From NCBI GenBank assembly GCA_030141605.1, contig JAQGDQ010000544.1, positions 1 to 64,000 of the forward strand: a stretch of DNA of 64,000 nucleotides, read 5' to 3'. Position numbers and translations under genes: made by a program. Below are positions 26,261 to 39,256 of this stretch, in pieces; the first letter of the stretch is position 1, and every line of letters starts with the position of its first letter. This DNA is from Tubiluchus corallicola (Eukaryota > Animalia > Priapulida). The notes under the pieces were generated by a model, which was given only the letters and a program-made list of their open reading frames with translations, was not told where the DNA came from and made no database searches.

Positions 26261-26780
26261 AAATTTATATGAATGCAAGACTGGATAGGTCTATATACGA
26301 AGCGTAAATGGACGCTGTTTGGTTCAAGCATTTTAGCTTTTGCAGTCGTAGTTCACATAATGATTGACTGATTGGCAACCGACTAGCCAACTGACTTATT
26401 ATTGGGTGACTGTCTGAGCAAATAACTGACTCGCCGATACATTGTCTGAGCAAATTCAGCAGCGAGTGATTGGCCAACAAACAGACAAATAAACAACCAA
26501 TTGGACAGATAATCTAAATAGAGAAACGGTCAGATTTACTTACTGTGACAATACAATAATTAACATGTTGACCGAACAGCTGGCTTACCGAAAACCTTTC
26601 TGTTCAATAACTAGCAATGATTTATTGACCTATGTTTATTCATCTACTAGTTGAGCCAAGTCATGTAGCAGATTGATTTGTCACAAACACTTAGTTAACT
26701 GCCTTGCCTTGCATTGCTGAAGGGAAAAATAATAAAAATGTGTAAAAGAACTTATAGTTAAAAGAGTCGATAAAATAACG

Positions 26781-26946
26781 GGCTAAAGGGTACAATTCTC
26801 CACATACAAGAGATTAGTTCGTGAAGCGGATTAAGGTTAAGATTAGGGTTAGGGTTGGGGCTAGGGTTAGGGTTGGGTTAGGGTTAGGGTAAGGTTAGGA
26901 TTAGGGTTCGGGTATTTAAACTGTGTAATGAATTGTAAACTCCTTC
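26781..26946 (-). mobile_element. Telomere-repeat-carrying MITE, copy 2, exact 9-bp TSD
   Basis: aaaataacg at 26772-26780 and 26947-26955; IR tacaattc / gaattgta; internal (TTAGGG)n-like array. Confidence 0.85.
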
Positions 26947-27245
26947 AAAATAACGAATGTGTGAATGAATAATAAAAACAAAATAAAGAATAAATCATTT
27001 AAAGGAAAATTCCAGGTTTAATAATCTTTACTGTAGTTATTGTGAAATTTAATTCATTAAATTTTATTGATCAGGGACTTGTTTTAAGTAATGCAAGAGA
27101 AAATCTGCTTAGTATCCAGAGTTCATATACATATTTTTTCATCCTCGTATTCCCAAAGTATGCAAAATGAAATTTAGGGAAGCGACCTTATCTGATTGCT
27201 CATAGCAGCAGGTATAATTGTATAATAATAAGTTTCTTGATGAAT

Positions 27246-27710
27246 GCAATGCAATGCAATGCAACGCAACGCAACGCAACGCAACGCAACGCAACGCAAC
27301 GCAACGCAACGCAACGCAACGCAACGCAACGCAACGCAACGCAACGCAACGCAACGCAACACAACACAACACAACACAACACAACACAACACAACACAAC
27401 ACAACACAACACAACACAACACAACACAACACAACACAACACAACACAACACAACACAACACAACACAATACAATACAATACAATACAATATAATGTAAT
27501 ATAATATGACATAACACGACATAACATGACATGACATAACATAACATGACATGACATGACATGACATGACATGACATGACGTGACGTAACGTAACGTAAC
27601 GTAACGTAGCGTAGCGTAGCATAGCATAGCATAGCACAGCATAGCATAGCATAGCACAGCATAGCACAGCTCAGCATAGCACAGCACAACACAACACAAC
27701 ACAACACAAC
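27246..27710. repeat. Compound pentanucleotide microsatellite, 93 in-phase units
   Basis: GCAAT>GCAAC>ACAAC>ACAAT>ATAAT>ATAAC/ATGAC>GTGAC>GTAAC>GTAGC>ATAGC>ACAGC>ACAAC. Confidence 0.97.
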
Positions 27711-28673
27711 ATATATAAAACAATGCAAGTTATATACATAGTGCAACAAAAATACAATATATAATAACGTCGCAAAAATTCGCCAAATCATATTCTAATT
27801 GATTTAGTTAGACGAAGCACTTTAGGGAGAAGAAAGTGAAGAACACATTAGCATAATTATTGCCACTGTAATTCAACTGTAAAACGTTAAAATCCTGAGA
27901 TAATTGATGAGACGAACATTTTATTAAACGCTTTGTGAAAGTTGAAATACGTATCTGAAAGCAGTTTTTGCGTAATTATTGTAACAATATTCACGACATT
28001 AGCAGATGACTGAAAACAATGATACACTCTACGTGTAATTTGTGACTAATATTAGTTTTATTCTGAAAAGTGCTGAATCATTTGAAAGAGTTTTCACTTG
28101 AAAGTGTGATTAACATTCTCTTTTTTAATTTAATTATCTAAAGAACCACTGAAAGGAACTAAAGTAGAAACTGGATAACATTAAAGAAAGCAAATTTTAG
28201 ATACAAATTTGAAAGCAAAAGTGAAAGCAGAATGTCCAGTTGGTCACTCTGTTCCACTTACCTAAGCGCTATTACCTATTACATACACCTAAGCGACTAT
28301 TGTCATGGATGTTGGAAACTAGACTGGTGCAGTTTCACTTGATATTTTCTGCTCAACAATTTCCTGCTAAAAGGCGAGGTTTCTCAAATTTTATCCACTC
28401 TTTTTACCCTTCATGTCTTCAACTTCTGACTTTAGTATGATTCCTGGGAAGCATACTGGCTTCAGTATTTTACGTTGCTAAATACCTCTTCTTACCTATA
28501 TCAACTCCTTTGATTTGTTTTTTATTTCATTACTTGCCGTTGCCATTACATGAACGGTGGAATTATTTGCGAGCTTTTCTTTCAGCAAAGCGGCATTAAA
28601 AACTCCGAATCTGTTTGTTGTCCTTTCTGAATCTTTCGAAGTAGATTTTAAATACCTGTGCGGAAGAAGTTTG

Positions 28674-28849
28674 GGAAAGAGTTTACAATCCACAATTTAA
28701 ATTTAAATACCCTACCCTAAGCCAACCCCAACCGTAGCCTTAATCCTAACCCAAACCCCGACTGTAACCCTAATCCGAATCCTAACCGTAACCCTACTTC
28801 ACGTACTTCACGAACTAATTGTTGTGGGTGGGAAATTGTAAAGTTTAAC
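28674..28849 (+). mobile_element. Telomere-repeat-carrying MITE, copy 3, exact 9-bp TSD
   Basis: agaagtttg at 28665-28673 and 28850-28858; IR tttacaat / attgtaaa; degenerate (CCCTAA)n core. Confidence 0.85.
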
Positions 28850-29599
28850 AGAAGTTTGAATCGAGAAGACCGTTCTTGTGCCGCGTCGTTGGACTCAGTT
28901 ACGTAACAGCAACAGCAACAGCAACAACAGCAGCAACAGCAACAACGGAAACATCTTCTCAACATTTCAGTTCTTTAAGTCCATCTCCGAAGCACAAAAT
29001 GGGCTAGTTGCTGTGCTTGTGCCAAAGGGGTTGATTACCGCAAGCTGGACAACTTAGATACGCTCTTCTAGATCAAGTGGATTTTTGTGGATCAATGCTG
29101 TGGCACGATTCGACTCAACTGATAAATCACGCTTCGCCTCACAGCTATTGAGAGGAATACTTGTTAGGGAGGTGAGGAGAAACGAGATGTAGTAGAACGA
29201 GTAATAATGCGTTCGATAAACTTTTTTTGCTTCGGTCACGTTTTCGTGCAGCAACTGCGTAATACAGAAGTTTGAATAAGTAAATAAACTATTGCGAAGA
29301 TTGTCAGAAAACTGAATAAACAACTAGCAATAACAGTGTCAAAAATTTACACAGTTCATGACCTTGCTTGTGCATTTTAAAGAGATGTATGTATGCACTA
29401 GTAGTATGATGTAAGAAGCTTCAAACATAAGCAGATTGTAAATATGTTGATATAAACCTGCTATTGGCAGGATTTAAACCCCCCGAGACGTAATTAGCCA
29501 CATACTTGAAGATAATGGCGTCGCTCTGCGATACAGTTGCGTAAAACTTATCCATGTGAGTATAGACCGTATTTCCCATTGTTTTTTTTCGTTTTGAAA

Positions 29600-29920
29600 T
29601 GATTCATCGTCAGCTTTAGGCTGATAAAAGTGCACTGTCTAACGAGTGGTCAGGGCCTATCCAATTAAATCTACTGCGACTGACTCTTCTAGACCTTTTT
29701 GTCCTTCAGGATCTCATACAAATTTTTATTGCTTATTGCGGTTGACCATTTTATCTAGAATAATGATCTACATAATCGTCTTTGGAAGGCATCAATCTCA
29801 AGTTGATTGTTTTTGTTTAGCGCGTATAGTTTCGAATTGCGCAAAAGTATTGATGATACAAGTGTTGAAGATTCTGAGTTTATAGCGTTAACATTTATAT
29901 TGTTCAGAATTGTGTTATAA
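29600..29920 (-). mobile_element. RTE LINE fragment
   Basis: VSSILLRNSKLYALNKNNQLEIDAFQRRLCRSL, then IKWSTAISNKNLYE and FNWIG. Confidence 0.75.
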
Positions 29921-32429
29921 TCAATGGTTTTACAGAAGTGGGTCTTCCAAAAATTGGAGACGTATTCACAGCATGTGACACGCTCACGCATCACGCAAAA
30001 CCGTAACTCGAACCTGAGCGAAACGCTGACGCCTTCTGAATGGGTGTTTCTTCAGCAGAAACCATTTCGAACACAGAGATTTTTCATTCCACATGGAGGA
30101 AATGCACCAAAAAGCGGTCGAAAAACTATCCAAACTCTAAAGCGAGGAAGAAACATTTTACCATCTAGTTCTCTCACTCTATCCCGAAAAATTTATACCA
30201 ATTTCGTCGTTGTTAGCACAATATGCCCTCTTTAGCCTTCATTGTAGGACCACTATTGCTTACAAAATTGAGATAGGGGATTTGTCTGTTTGACTGTGAT
30301 CAACAATTGACCAAATTTCATTAACTATCAATTCCTTTGCCATATTGGCGTTACTACAGTAAGTAAATGAGCTTGAGTTCTCACTTTCTAAAAAGTTCAA
30401 CCTCCTTGAGATATAACGCCACTGAGGCATGTATACTTCTACATAAAATCCTTTGCTAGCAGCGCATATACGACGATATATGTCAACTGTCTGAACTTGT
30501 ACCTGTCTCTCCAATTAATGATGTAAATTGCGACATTATGACCGCCTTCTGGTGACCTTGGCACCGTTCTTGCTCTACGTGGTTGAATGGCTGTTTGATA
30601 TGGCCTTATAAAACCATTCATCATTTTCAATTAGCTGCTCTCTTACAGATAAACTACTGCACGTTGAACAGTCGAGGCGCACAGCCTAATTTGTGACATT
30701 CAGTTCGCAACGCCCAGTAATAACAGAGCAATGTGTATTCACGTGAAGGCTTCTCTCATTGCCCTGTAAATCGCAGCTTAATTCTTGCTGACTCGTGATT
30801 TCTCAACGCACTTAATCTATGTCACACTCTCACTTGATTATAGACCTTACAGCGTCCTATAAGTTTGCGCTTAAGTGTAAAACAAACAGTGTTAATAACG
30901 TTGGGAGGAATTTAATTTTTTTGATAGCCGTCAATAATGGGGCAGTGATTTATTGCAAAATTACTACATGTAGGTCATTAATTTGGAGACAGAAGGAGGC
31001 AAAAACTACACGAGCAGAAAGTAGGTGGGTAAAAACACAAAGTAGGAGGGGAGGCCATAGTCAGAATAAAGCAGATCCAAATAAGCCGAGCTACGTACAA
31101 ATGCGAGCGTGTAATGACTGAATATAGAACAATTACTAAGTCTGCTCTGTTTTCATAACAGCATATTAGCAGGAGTAATTGCTGGAAAAGTTCGCCACAC
31201 TCGTCAGCTAAGTTTGACAATAAAACAAGCAAATGGAAGCAAACAGCGCCAATTTTATCACATTATTTTATTATAATTGTCATTGTTTTATTTGTAAAAT
31301 TTGGGTTGCTCGAAATCGAAATTGAAACTATATCATTGAAACTACCTAGTTTATATCGCAGCATTATGTAGTTTACATGCTGCAAAGCATTTGCATGCGA
31401 AAGTAATTTTTCCTTGACGACTGGCTATTATAAAAACAAACCACGGCAAACAAGTCATCCTAAAAATCTTATTTCAAAATGAACAAAAATAGTGAACGTC
31501 TTTGTGTACACTTAGGCCTGCTTTTATACCTGCATAATTACAGTGCAGATGTAATGATTAAATTACCTCAGATAATTAGGCTCAATATACAGTTTTTGGC
31601 AAATTGTCAGGGTAAATTTGCATTCTATGGCATATTCGGATTTTGCTCATTTTGATACTGAATACTTAATACCATTTGAGTTCAGCTGTTCAAAATGCTT
31701 ATATCATAGCAAACTTTGCGACGCACTGCAAAAACAAATTATTAAAATTACTTAGAGCTGAAGTTTTAAGTGTCCTTACAATAGCTTTTAGTTTTCATAA
31801 ATAGTTCTGAATGCACAACCGTACATGACAGAATACTGTCTACTTCCATAGAAAAAATAGTAATTTCCAACTGCCATAAGCTGTAAATCTGTAGGATAAG
31901 GATTAATAAAACTAATATATTGACACACAATTGTAATGTATACGCTCAAATCAAAGTTGCGTTCCCACATCTATGTAGTTTATTCTGCAAAAATACAAAT
32001 TTTCTGTAGTCTACAACTACTACATCTACAATTCTAGTGAAATAAAAGTGCTAGAAAATAAGTGCTACAGATTACTACGTTACACTAAAAAAGCTAAAAT
32101 GCATACATACATTGTTGGTCCAATATTGAGTCGAGAAAAAGCCAGAATGTCAGTAAAAGGTAGCAGTATAATTATAAGACAATTTTTAAATGCAACAAAG
32201 ACGTGCGTACATGACAAGTTCCACCTATGCAATGTCAGAGTAGAAAAAGTAGTCTAGAGGTTGAGCTACAGTCTAATATATTGTGGCTTCTAATGCATAT
32301 ACTACCTTGAGAAGAGGTAATGGACCAAAACATTTGCACCTGCAACAACAATAATTATAATGCATGGAAAGCCACGACGAAATAAACCCACAATTGTCGA
32401 ATTTGAAATCAAATTTGCTCGAAAGAAAG

Positions 32430-32520
32430 AAAACATGAAGCGATCGGGACACAGCCTGGATACGAATCAAGGACTCTAGCTTACGAGGCGAATATCATGA
32501 TCGCTAGGCTACCATACCCC
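32430..32520 (-). mobile_element. Degenerate tRNA-derived SINE head
   Basis: Minus: ggtagcctagcg...ttcgcctcgtaagctagagtccttgattcgtatccagg. Confidence 0.4.
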
Positions 32521-32749
32521 GATGTTCATGATAAGTCATATTCCAAATCCACATCATTAGACCTTCCGGCAAGCAAAAACAGACCACTGCTAATTAAGAG
32601 AAACGTCAACAACGTCAACGTCATGCATGTAAAAAATACCAAATCAATATAGCGTTGCCCTGCTTAACAATAACAAATTAACGTACTAAAATGGAGAAAA
32701 TATCGAGCATGATCATTGATCAGTTTATAACCAACGTTTCATATAACTG

Positions 32750-33101
32750 TGTAACAAATGAAACATTTTTATGTAACTGCTCTAGTATAATATCATGACA
32801 ATTGTTTCGAGGTAATCTGAGCAAATTATCATAAATAAATTAACATTGCTATTAGAAGTTATGCATTGACAATACGACTTCTTTTTCTACGTTTTTGGAA
32901 AACAGTCGTGCGTGTGGCACAAATGAAACATTTGTAACAAATGAAACATTTTATGTAACTGCTCTAGTATAATATCATGACAATTGTTTCGAGGTAATCT
33001 GAGTAAATTATCATAAATAAATTACCATTGCCATTAGAAGTTATGCATTGACAATACGACTTCTTTTTCTACGTTTTTGGAAAACTGTCGTGCATGTGGC
33101 A
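32750..33101. repeat. Tandem duplication of ~170 bp with a 13-bp junction insert
   Basis: Near-identical copies 32750-32919 and 32933-33101; spacer caaatgaaacatt. Confidence 0.95.
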
Positions 33102-34080
33102 TTTACTGCATTGTTGATGTCAAAATTAAGGTTAACATATCAACTAACAATGTCAATATTGTCTTGACATGCGCGTTTCTCCTTCCGCCATCACCAACTT
33201 TTACCTTGCCACCACTAATAATATTAGACACATTACGACCACACTTGAAGTAAAAATGGAAAAATGTGTGGTCTAGTGTTGAATTTGAGAATCGACAATA
33301 GGTTGTGCACTTTCAGGATACGCTTAAAATGACACCATCGTCCGAAAGGTACACCAAAACTCTAAGGGTAAAATCTCTTGAACTTTAGGTAAATTGCGAT
33401 GCAGAAAAATTTGTTGTTAGTAGTTAAAGCTGTTCAGTTTAGCAAGCGTTATAAAAAAATTTCTAAAGGTGGAGTCGCTGCAGAAGTTTACACAACAGCA
33501 GTCTGACGATCCATGTTTCTGAGGAAGACTGTAAATATAATTACTATGGCTGCATGTAATGAACCTGGCCTTCCGCGAGGCTGATTGGATGATCTCTAGT
33601 AATTCTAGAAAAGCGACTAAGCAATTATAAATGATAACCATGTTAGAATACTTTCACCATTATAGTACTGAGCAGTTTACAACAAGTACCCTCTCATCTG
33701 GAAATTTAATAGTTTCGTGTTGTCGGTGTGTGTAGCTGGGACAACCTCTGAATTGGGGTTTTAACAAAATAAGGACCCAGCTCTACCAGGTAAAAAAATT
33801 CGTGCAGACGGGGGAAGCAAAGAAGTAGAATTTTATATGAACTAGAGAGAATTTCACGTACCCTTCTCCCCTATGAATATTGTGATTTAGTGAATTTATC
33901 ACGATATCAGAATAAAAACTTAATTTGTATTTTCTCACCAATTAATACTCAACTATATTAAAGGAACAGAATGAATTTTTGTGGTGGTTGTATCCATCTT
34001 CTAGTTTCACAAATTTTCATTACATTCTGTGATTGCACCTCTTTCTGATATATACAAGCTTCTGGAATGATTTGTAATTT

Positions 34081-34214
34081 AACATAAGCGGTTTGTGCCT
34101 TTGTGGTCATAACATAAGCAGTTTGTGCCTTTGTGGTCATAACATAAGCAGTTTGTGCCTTTGTGGTCATAACATAAGCAGTTTGTGCCTTTGTGGTCAT
34201 AACATAAGCAGTTT
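34081..34214. repeat. 30-bp minisatellite, ~4.5 copies
   Basis: Unit aacataagcagtttgtgcctttgtggtcat. Confidence 0.97.
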
Positions 34215-35949
34215 TAGCAAAAGTGTGTTTGGATTGATGTCAAAAAGACCTTAAGATGTTTCAGTGCTCTTAACTGCCCCAAAAATTTTCTCAAATGCAC
34301 AAAATTAGTCAGCGATCACGAGTCTAGCGACCCCTGGTGAAGATATGTGGGAGCTTTGTCTTAGGGGATGCTGCCTCGGTGTTATTTGCTCCAGTATTTT
34401 TGATTAAAAAAGTTGGTGGGACTTATTTTTACACGTGCGAGAGGTCGCTTAGACTTCAAAGGCTGAAGTTTTTATTTGATACTAAATATTATTCTAGATT
34501 TTGTGGAAAAATATTCTAGATATTATTCTTAGATCTGCCTGCATGGTTGAGTAATCACTGAGATAAAGTGCCTGAATTCGAGTACTAACAACGTTTTACC
34601 ATAATTAACAATAATGTTAGTGCAATATTTGGTATTTGCATCACAGTTTGCAAAGCGCTTCCATTATTCTGTTTTCGTAATCGGTGACAGCATTATAATC
34701 AACTTTGAAGCGACATTCAAGGATGATTGTATAAACACGAGAATTACAACTTGTACCAGAGTGTCCCATCTGTCGCAGTACCAATATTTACTGTGGTCCG
34801 CTAGCTGCACAAACAACGTCAGCATAATCGAAATGATCTCTAGTTGATCATTTACTCATCAATGGGTAACGGAACAAGTAAGTACAGCAATCATTAGGTT
34901 CTTGTTTCAACAACAGTAAGGCCCATCCTGTTTAACATTCAAATTTCTTAATGGCCTGCCCTTTGCTGATGTTGCCTGAAAGTACCTATACTTCTACATT
35001 CAGTAGCGGCAGAGTTTCCGTAACAGCTACAAACCAAACAAGCAATATCGATTAATATTGGAAATCATTGGACGAAATTTTATCATGTTCAACGTGAAAT
35101 AAGAAAAGTGCTTTTTGCCTTTGACAGTTTAATTTGGACAGGGTAAAGAGCACTAGGATAGATGCACAAGTTTTTATGTGACATGATACTTTGAATTTGC
35201 AATAAATATGCAAGTCTTTTTGCAACATTTTGCAATGTCTCAGTTACCCTTTGCAAATCCTCTGCTGTACTGACGTATGAATCCTACTGAATGCCTGGTT
35301 ATTTCTTGTTCATAAAATCAAGTACGCCGAAGACAAAAACGACAAAACTGCATCAGACCGCTATAGTAATATTCGGATCGATTGCGGCTTTATTATAATA
35401 CCAATCGATTACAAAGTATTCAGCCAGCTATGGGGACTCATTACGGACACGAAGTAAGCTTTTCTTCACGCCGCGTCGGTAGCTCTCTTTTAGGAGCAGT
35501 AATTTAAAGTTTTTTCCATGATCGTTTCAATAATCGAGTTACAGATAACAGCAGCTATAATTTTAACTAGTTATTTTTAAATAAACTTTCACCCTCTGCT
35601 GTAAAACATCGCCGACCATTTTCTCTACCTTAAATACATGTATATAAACTTTGCGTCTTGCAAGGTATGTACTATGAGATATCGCATACCCTCCAATGCT
35701 TGCTAATTTGGGAGCAAATCAGATAGTTATATCTAGGTGTAAGTAGTTTATGTTCATTATTATAATCTTAATGTCAAACTTGTTATTAACAATAGTAGAA
35801 ACCCACAATTAATGAAATTTTGATAGCAAAATTGAAAGACAGGAAATATGAAATATAACATGTAGTTGAATAATCTAATATTGTAAATGCTGAATTTGAT
35901 TGGCTAGCTGTAAAGTATGAACTTTGGACTGCCTTGATCACTGAGGAAT

Positions 35950-36030
35950 ACAGGGCCTACTGGTCTAAGACGTCTGCCTTGCAAGCAGAAGGTTTGTAGT
36001 TCAAATCCAGGCCGTATGACCAACTTTTTC
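35950..36030 (+). mobile_element. Degenerate tRNA-derived SINE head
   Basis: ggcctactggtctaagacgtctgccttgcaagcagaaggtttgtagttcaaatcc: A box, anticodon-like stem ctgc..gcag, B box; no acceptor stem. Confidence 0.45.
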
Positions 36031-36919
36031 TCATTTTCTTTCTGTCAAGTTTGTTATTAAAATTTAATTAATTATTGACTTGTACCACTTTCAATACATT
36101 GTAACTCATTCATTACAATCAGTACGAGAGCTGAGAATATGTGAAACCACTAAACTTTAGTAAAGCTAAAGTACCCCTTACAGGTGTACGTACTATTCTT
36201 CTATGACGTTATTAAATTTAACTTCCTTAGATTTAGTTATACAAGACTTGACGGCAATTAAATATTTTGCGACGGAATTAATTGGATTTTGAATGTCTGC
36301 TTTAATTTCCTTTAAATTGCTGAACAGTAATTTAAGTGAATTGTGATGATATTTAATGAGGGAATGGAAATCTCTCGCATTTTGTTTTATTAATTACAAT
36401 TCTAAGTATCACGATGTGTTGTAAAGTTGCAGCGAGCAGGACTTGCACAGACGAGGGAGATTAATAAAGCAATCAAGAATAATTATGAGAAATTGACAAT
36501 TGGGTGATATTCGATAATTATGGGTAATTAACAACGATAAAAGTCAGTTCCGTTAAATTCAGAAGCTTCTAGAAAAATAAAGAAAATTGTGTGGTCGCTT
36601 GTGAAAGACCCAAAGATCTTTGATATAGCAAGTCATTCAAGATGGTTGCCAAAATTTATTTTTATTTTTTACTTTCACAAAATGGCATCGACAATTATAA
36701 TGCGAAACTGTGCGCACACAGCTATAATACAAGTATTTCATGGAAATAACCTTGAGTTCTAGTACGTACAAATCTACGTTACTAAATTTAAGCTGTGAAT
36801 CAGACAAAAGAACTGAACATTAACTACAATCAAACACTATAGTGTTTGTGCAATACTGGTATTGCTAGCATTAGGTGATTGCTTTGCCAGTTGTTTCCTT
36901 TGACCAGTGGTGTTATTAA

Positions 36920-37509
36920 AGCAAAACCAGATCCAATCTTAAACTGTAGGTCAAAACAATCTATTTTTAAAATATCGAAAGGAAAAATACTATTTTTCTC
37001 AAAAATGACTTACGTGAAAGAATTATTACCACACAAGCACAACTTTACGTTCACGCCACTATTTCTTCACTGTTACATGCATTTCGCTATTCGCTAGTTA
37101 GACGGGCACTAGCGCCTGCATTTCGGAAACGCATTGCACAAAAACAGATGCTGTACTTCTCAGTTCAGATGTGTTAGTTTGTAACGAACTACACACATTC
37201 GACAGCTCATACGTGAGTACATATGAGTTTTGAATTTTCATAGTTTTAGTACAACAAACTGAATATCTTACAGTAGCATTGTACTTCTCTACTTCGCAAA
37301 CACGAGCAACACGCTCATGGAAAATTTTCAACGTTGAAAATTATGTTAGTTTGTGATGTCATCAATAGTTGGGCTCGCCCGTCATTAATTAAGTTTTTAA
37401 TCTATTATCTAATTATCAAAAAAGCTTTTGCAGTATTAATTGTGATAAGATGTATACTTTTATCGGACTTGAAAATGGGGTAGTATATGAAAAATCATCC
37501 TGTCTTCTT
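36920..37509 (-). mobile_element. Kolobok-like element, copy 4
   Basis: TTAA|AGCAAAACCAGAT ... atcctgtcttctt|ttac; reverse complement of copies 1-3. Confidence 0.85.
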
Positions 37510-37616
37510 TTACAGTAAAATACTGAAAGTATTTAGACCGATCAGCACTTTTTTCGGCATTCTGCTCTAGCAAGCAACTAACCTAAAAGAAAGGAAACTC
37601 TTCACACTGTAGTCCA

Positions 37617-38215
37617 TTTCTTCTTCTTCTTCTCCAATGTCTCATTCCATCTATTGTAGGCACTGAGGCATCAACATTGAGTTCTTCTACTCCCAAAGAT
37701 AGATTTGGTTGAAGTTGTTGAACATCTTTATTTATCTTAGCTATCGAAGTTGTTTTTGGTTTGCAAGGTTTTACTGTTTCCTTTAAGGCAATTCTTACTG
37801 GTACTTCGTTTGTTAATCTTAGAAGATGTCCTAGCTATCTTAATTTTCGGATTTTGACTTTTGAACTCCAGAGATTTTTTTCTCGTTCTAGCGTATAAAT
37901 CCTCATTTTGGATTATGAATCTCTATCTTATCCCTTATCTCTAAAACTTTCCTTAGAAGACTTCTATGAAATGTGTCAATCTGCTTTTCTTGAGTAATCG
38001 TTAAACCCCAAGTTTCGCTCTTGTACATAAATATGCTGATAACGTAAGCATTAAATTATCGAAGTCTTACGTTAGAACGTAATTTCTTGTTAGTCAATAC
38101 ATTTTTGTGTTAAAGAAAAGCATGCATTGCTTGTTGCTTTGTACTTTTAATATCATCATCAGTGTTTAGAAGAGTGCCTTTGCACTTTTTCCAAGACTGA
38201 TTACCATCATTATTA
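37617..38215 (-). mobile_element. RTE LINE 3' fragment with (GAA)n tail
   Basis: FNAYVISIFMYKSETWGLTITQEKQIDTFHRSLLRKVL...NEDLYART..WSSKVKIRKLR*LGHLLRL..PVRIALKE; gaagaagaag tail. Confidence 0.9.
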
Positions 38216-39133
38216 TACTACAGTCACCTAATGCTAATAATACTAGTACTGTACAGCCACTTTAGTGTTTGACTGTAATCAATGTTAAGTTCTTTTGTCT
38301 CATCGCAGCTTAATCTAGTTCTCCAGATTGATTCACGTTCTTTTACAATCCAGCTAAAAGCGAAACTGCTCAGTTAGTGGCGCACAAATTCTGAATGATT
38401 GTTAAAAGATTTTGCCAGAAAACTTGCTAAATTCAAGTCCAATCATTACTTTTACAAGGAAAATTACTTCGGTGGCTGCAATAATTCACAATCGATATGA
38501 TACCGAAATGCCCAAGCTCCCAATTACTGTGTATATACTTAGAACGGCAATTTGTGCCACTCTGCCTATGTACTGTACCAATTATTGCGCCAATATCAGG
38601 CTTGCATATTTGTGCTGAATGGTGCTTTCCGTATTAAATGTCGTTCATTATAACAACTTAGCAAAGAAATAAAGTCAATTTCTGTTCCCGCGAGAACGCA
38701 GTACGGGCAATAGAGGCATTAAGGACAATCTATTATTGGTGTCATTAGTGGGGCATTGAGAAATGCAAGCAAGCCTTCTGTAGAAAATGCGAGTGAAAAG
38801 TTCAATTGTTTGCTTGAATTTCAATCATTTTAATCACCTCAACGCTCCAATCATCCATCAGGCCGTTTAGCTACCATTTCCACGATTATAACAGTCTAAA
38901 TTATATGGTTTCTACGGCTCCACAGATGTTTGGTTATTGTGTCCATACTTCTAGTGATACTCTAATGAAAATGTTTGATTACCGCAGTCACAGTCGCAGA
39001 AAAATCAGTGTTTTGTTACTAATCCAAGATAACCTGTATGTACGAGTCCAGGAGAATAAGCTCTTTCCTTGTTTTTCTTTTTGTGTCAATTCTACATTTT
39101 TTCATTCTAGATAATATGATCCCCAATAACGAC

Positions 39134-39256
39134 AATAAGGTACTACTCCATGTGCGCGTAATGCGTGATCCGTAATGCGTAATGCGTGATGCGTGATACG
39201 AATTCTCTCGAACGTGATGGCTATCGTCTGAATACGCATCACGCACAAGTACCATT
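39134..39256. mobile_element. Small MITE with internal 7-bp repeats
   Basis: Ends aataaggtac..gtgcg / cgcacaagtaccatt; internal gtaatgc/gtgatgc repeats with inverted gcatcac. Confidence 0.55.

Noticed and set aside
27139-27791. Long Cys-rich and NATQR/HNTTQ ORFs (up to 205 aa)
   Set aside because: Open on both strands and in several frames because of the pentamer microsatellite.
33958-34200. MTTKAQTAYV repeat protein
   Set aside because: Translation of a 30-bp minisatellite with essentially no synonymous variation.
35950-36030. Functional tRNA gene (also 14185-14280, 32430-32520, 60601-60670)
   Set aside because: A/B boxes present but no paired acceptor stem; these are SINE heads.
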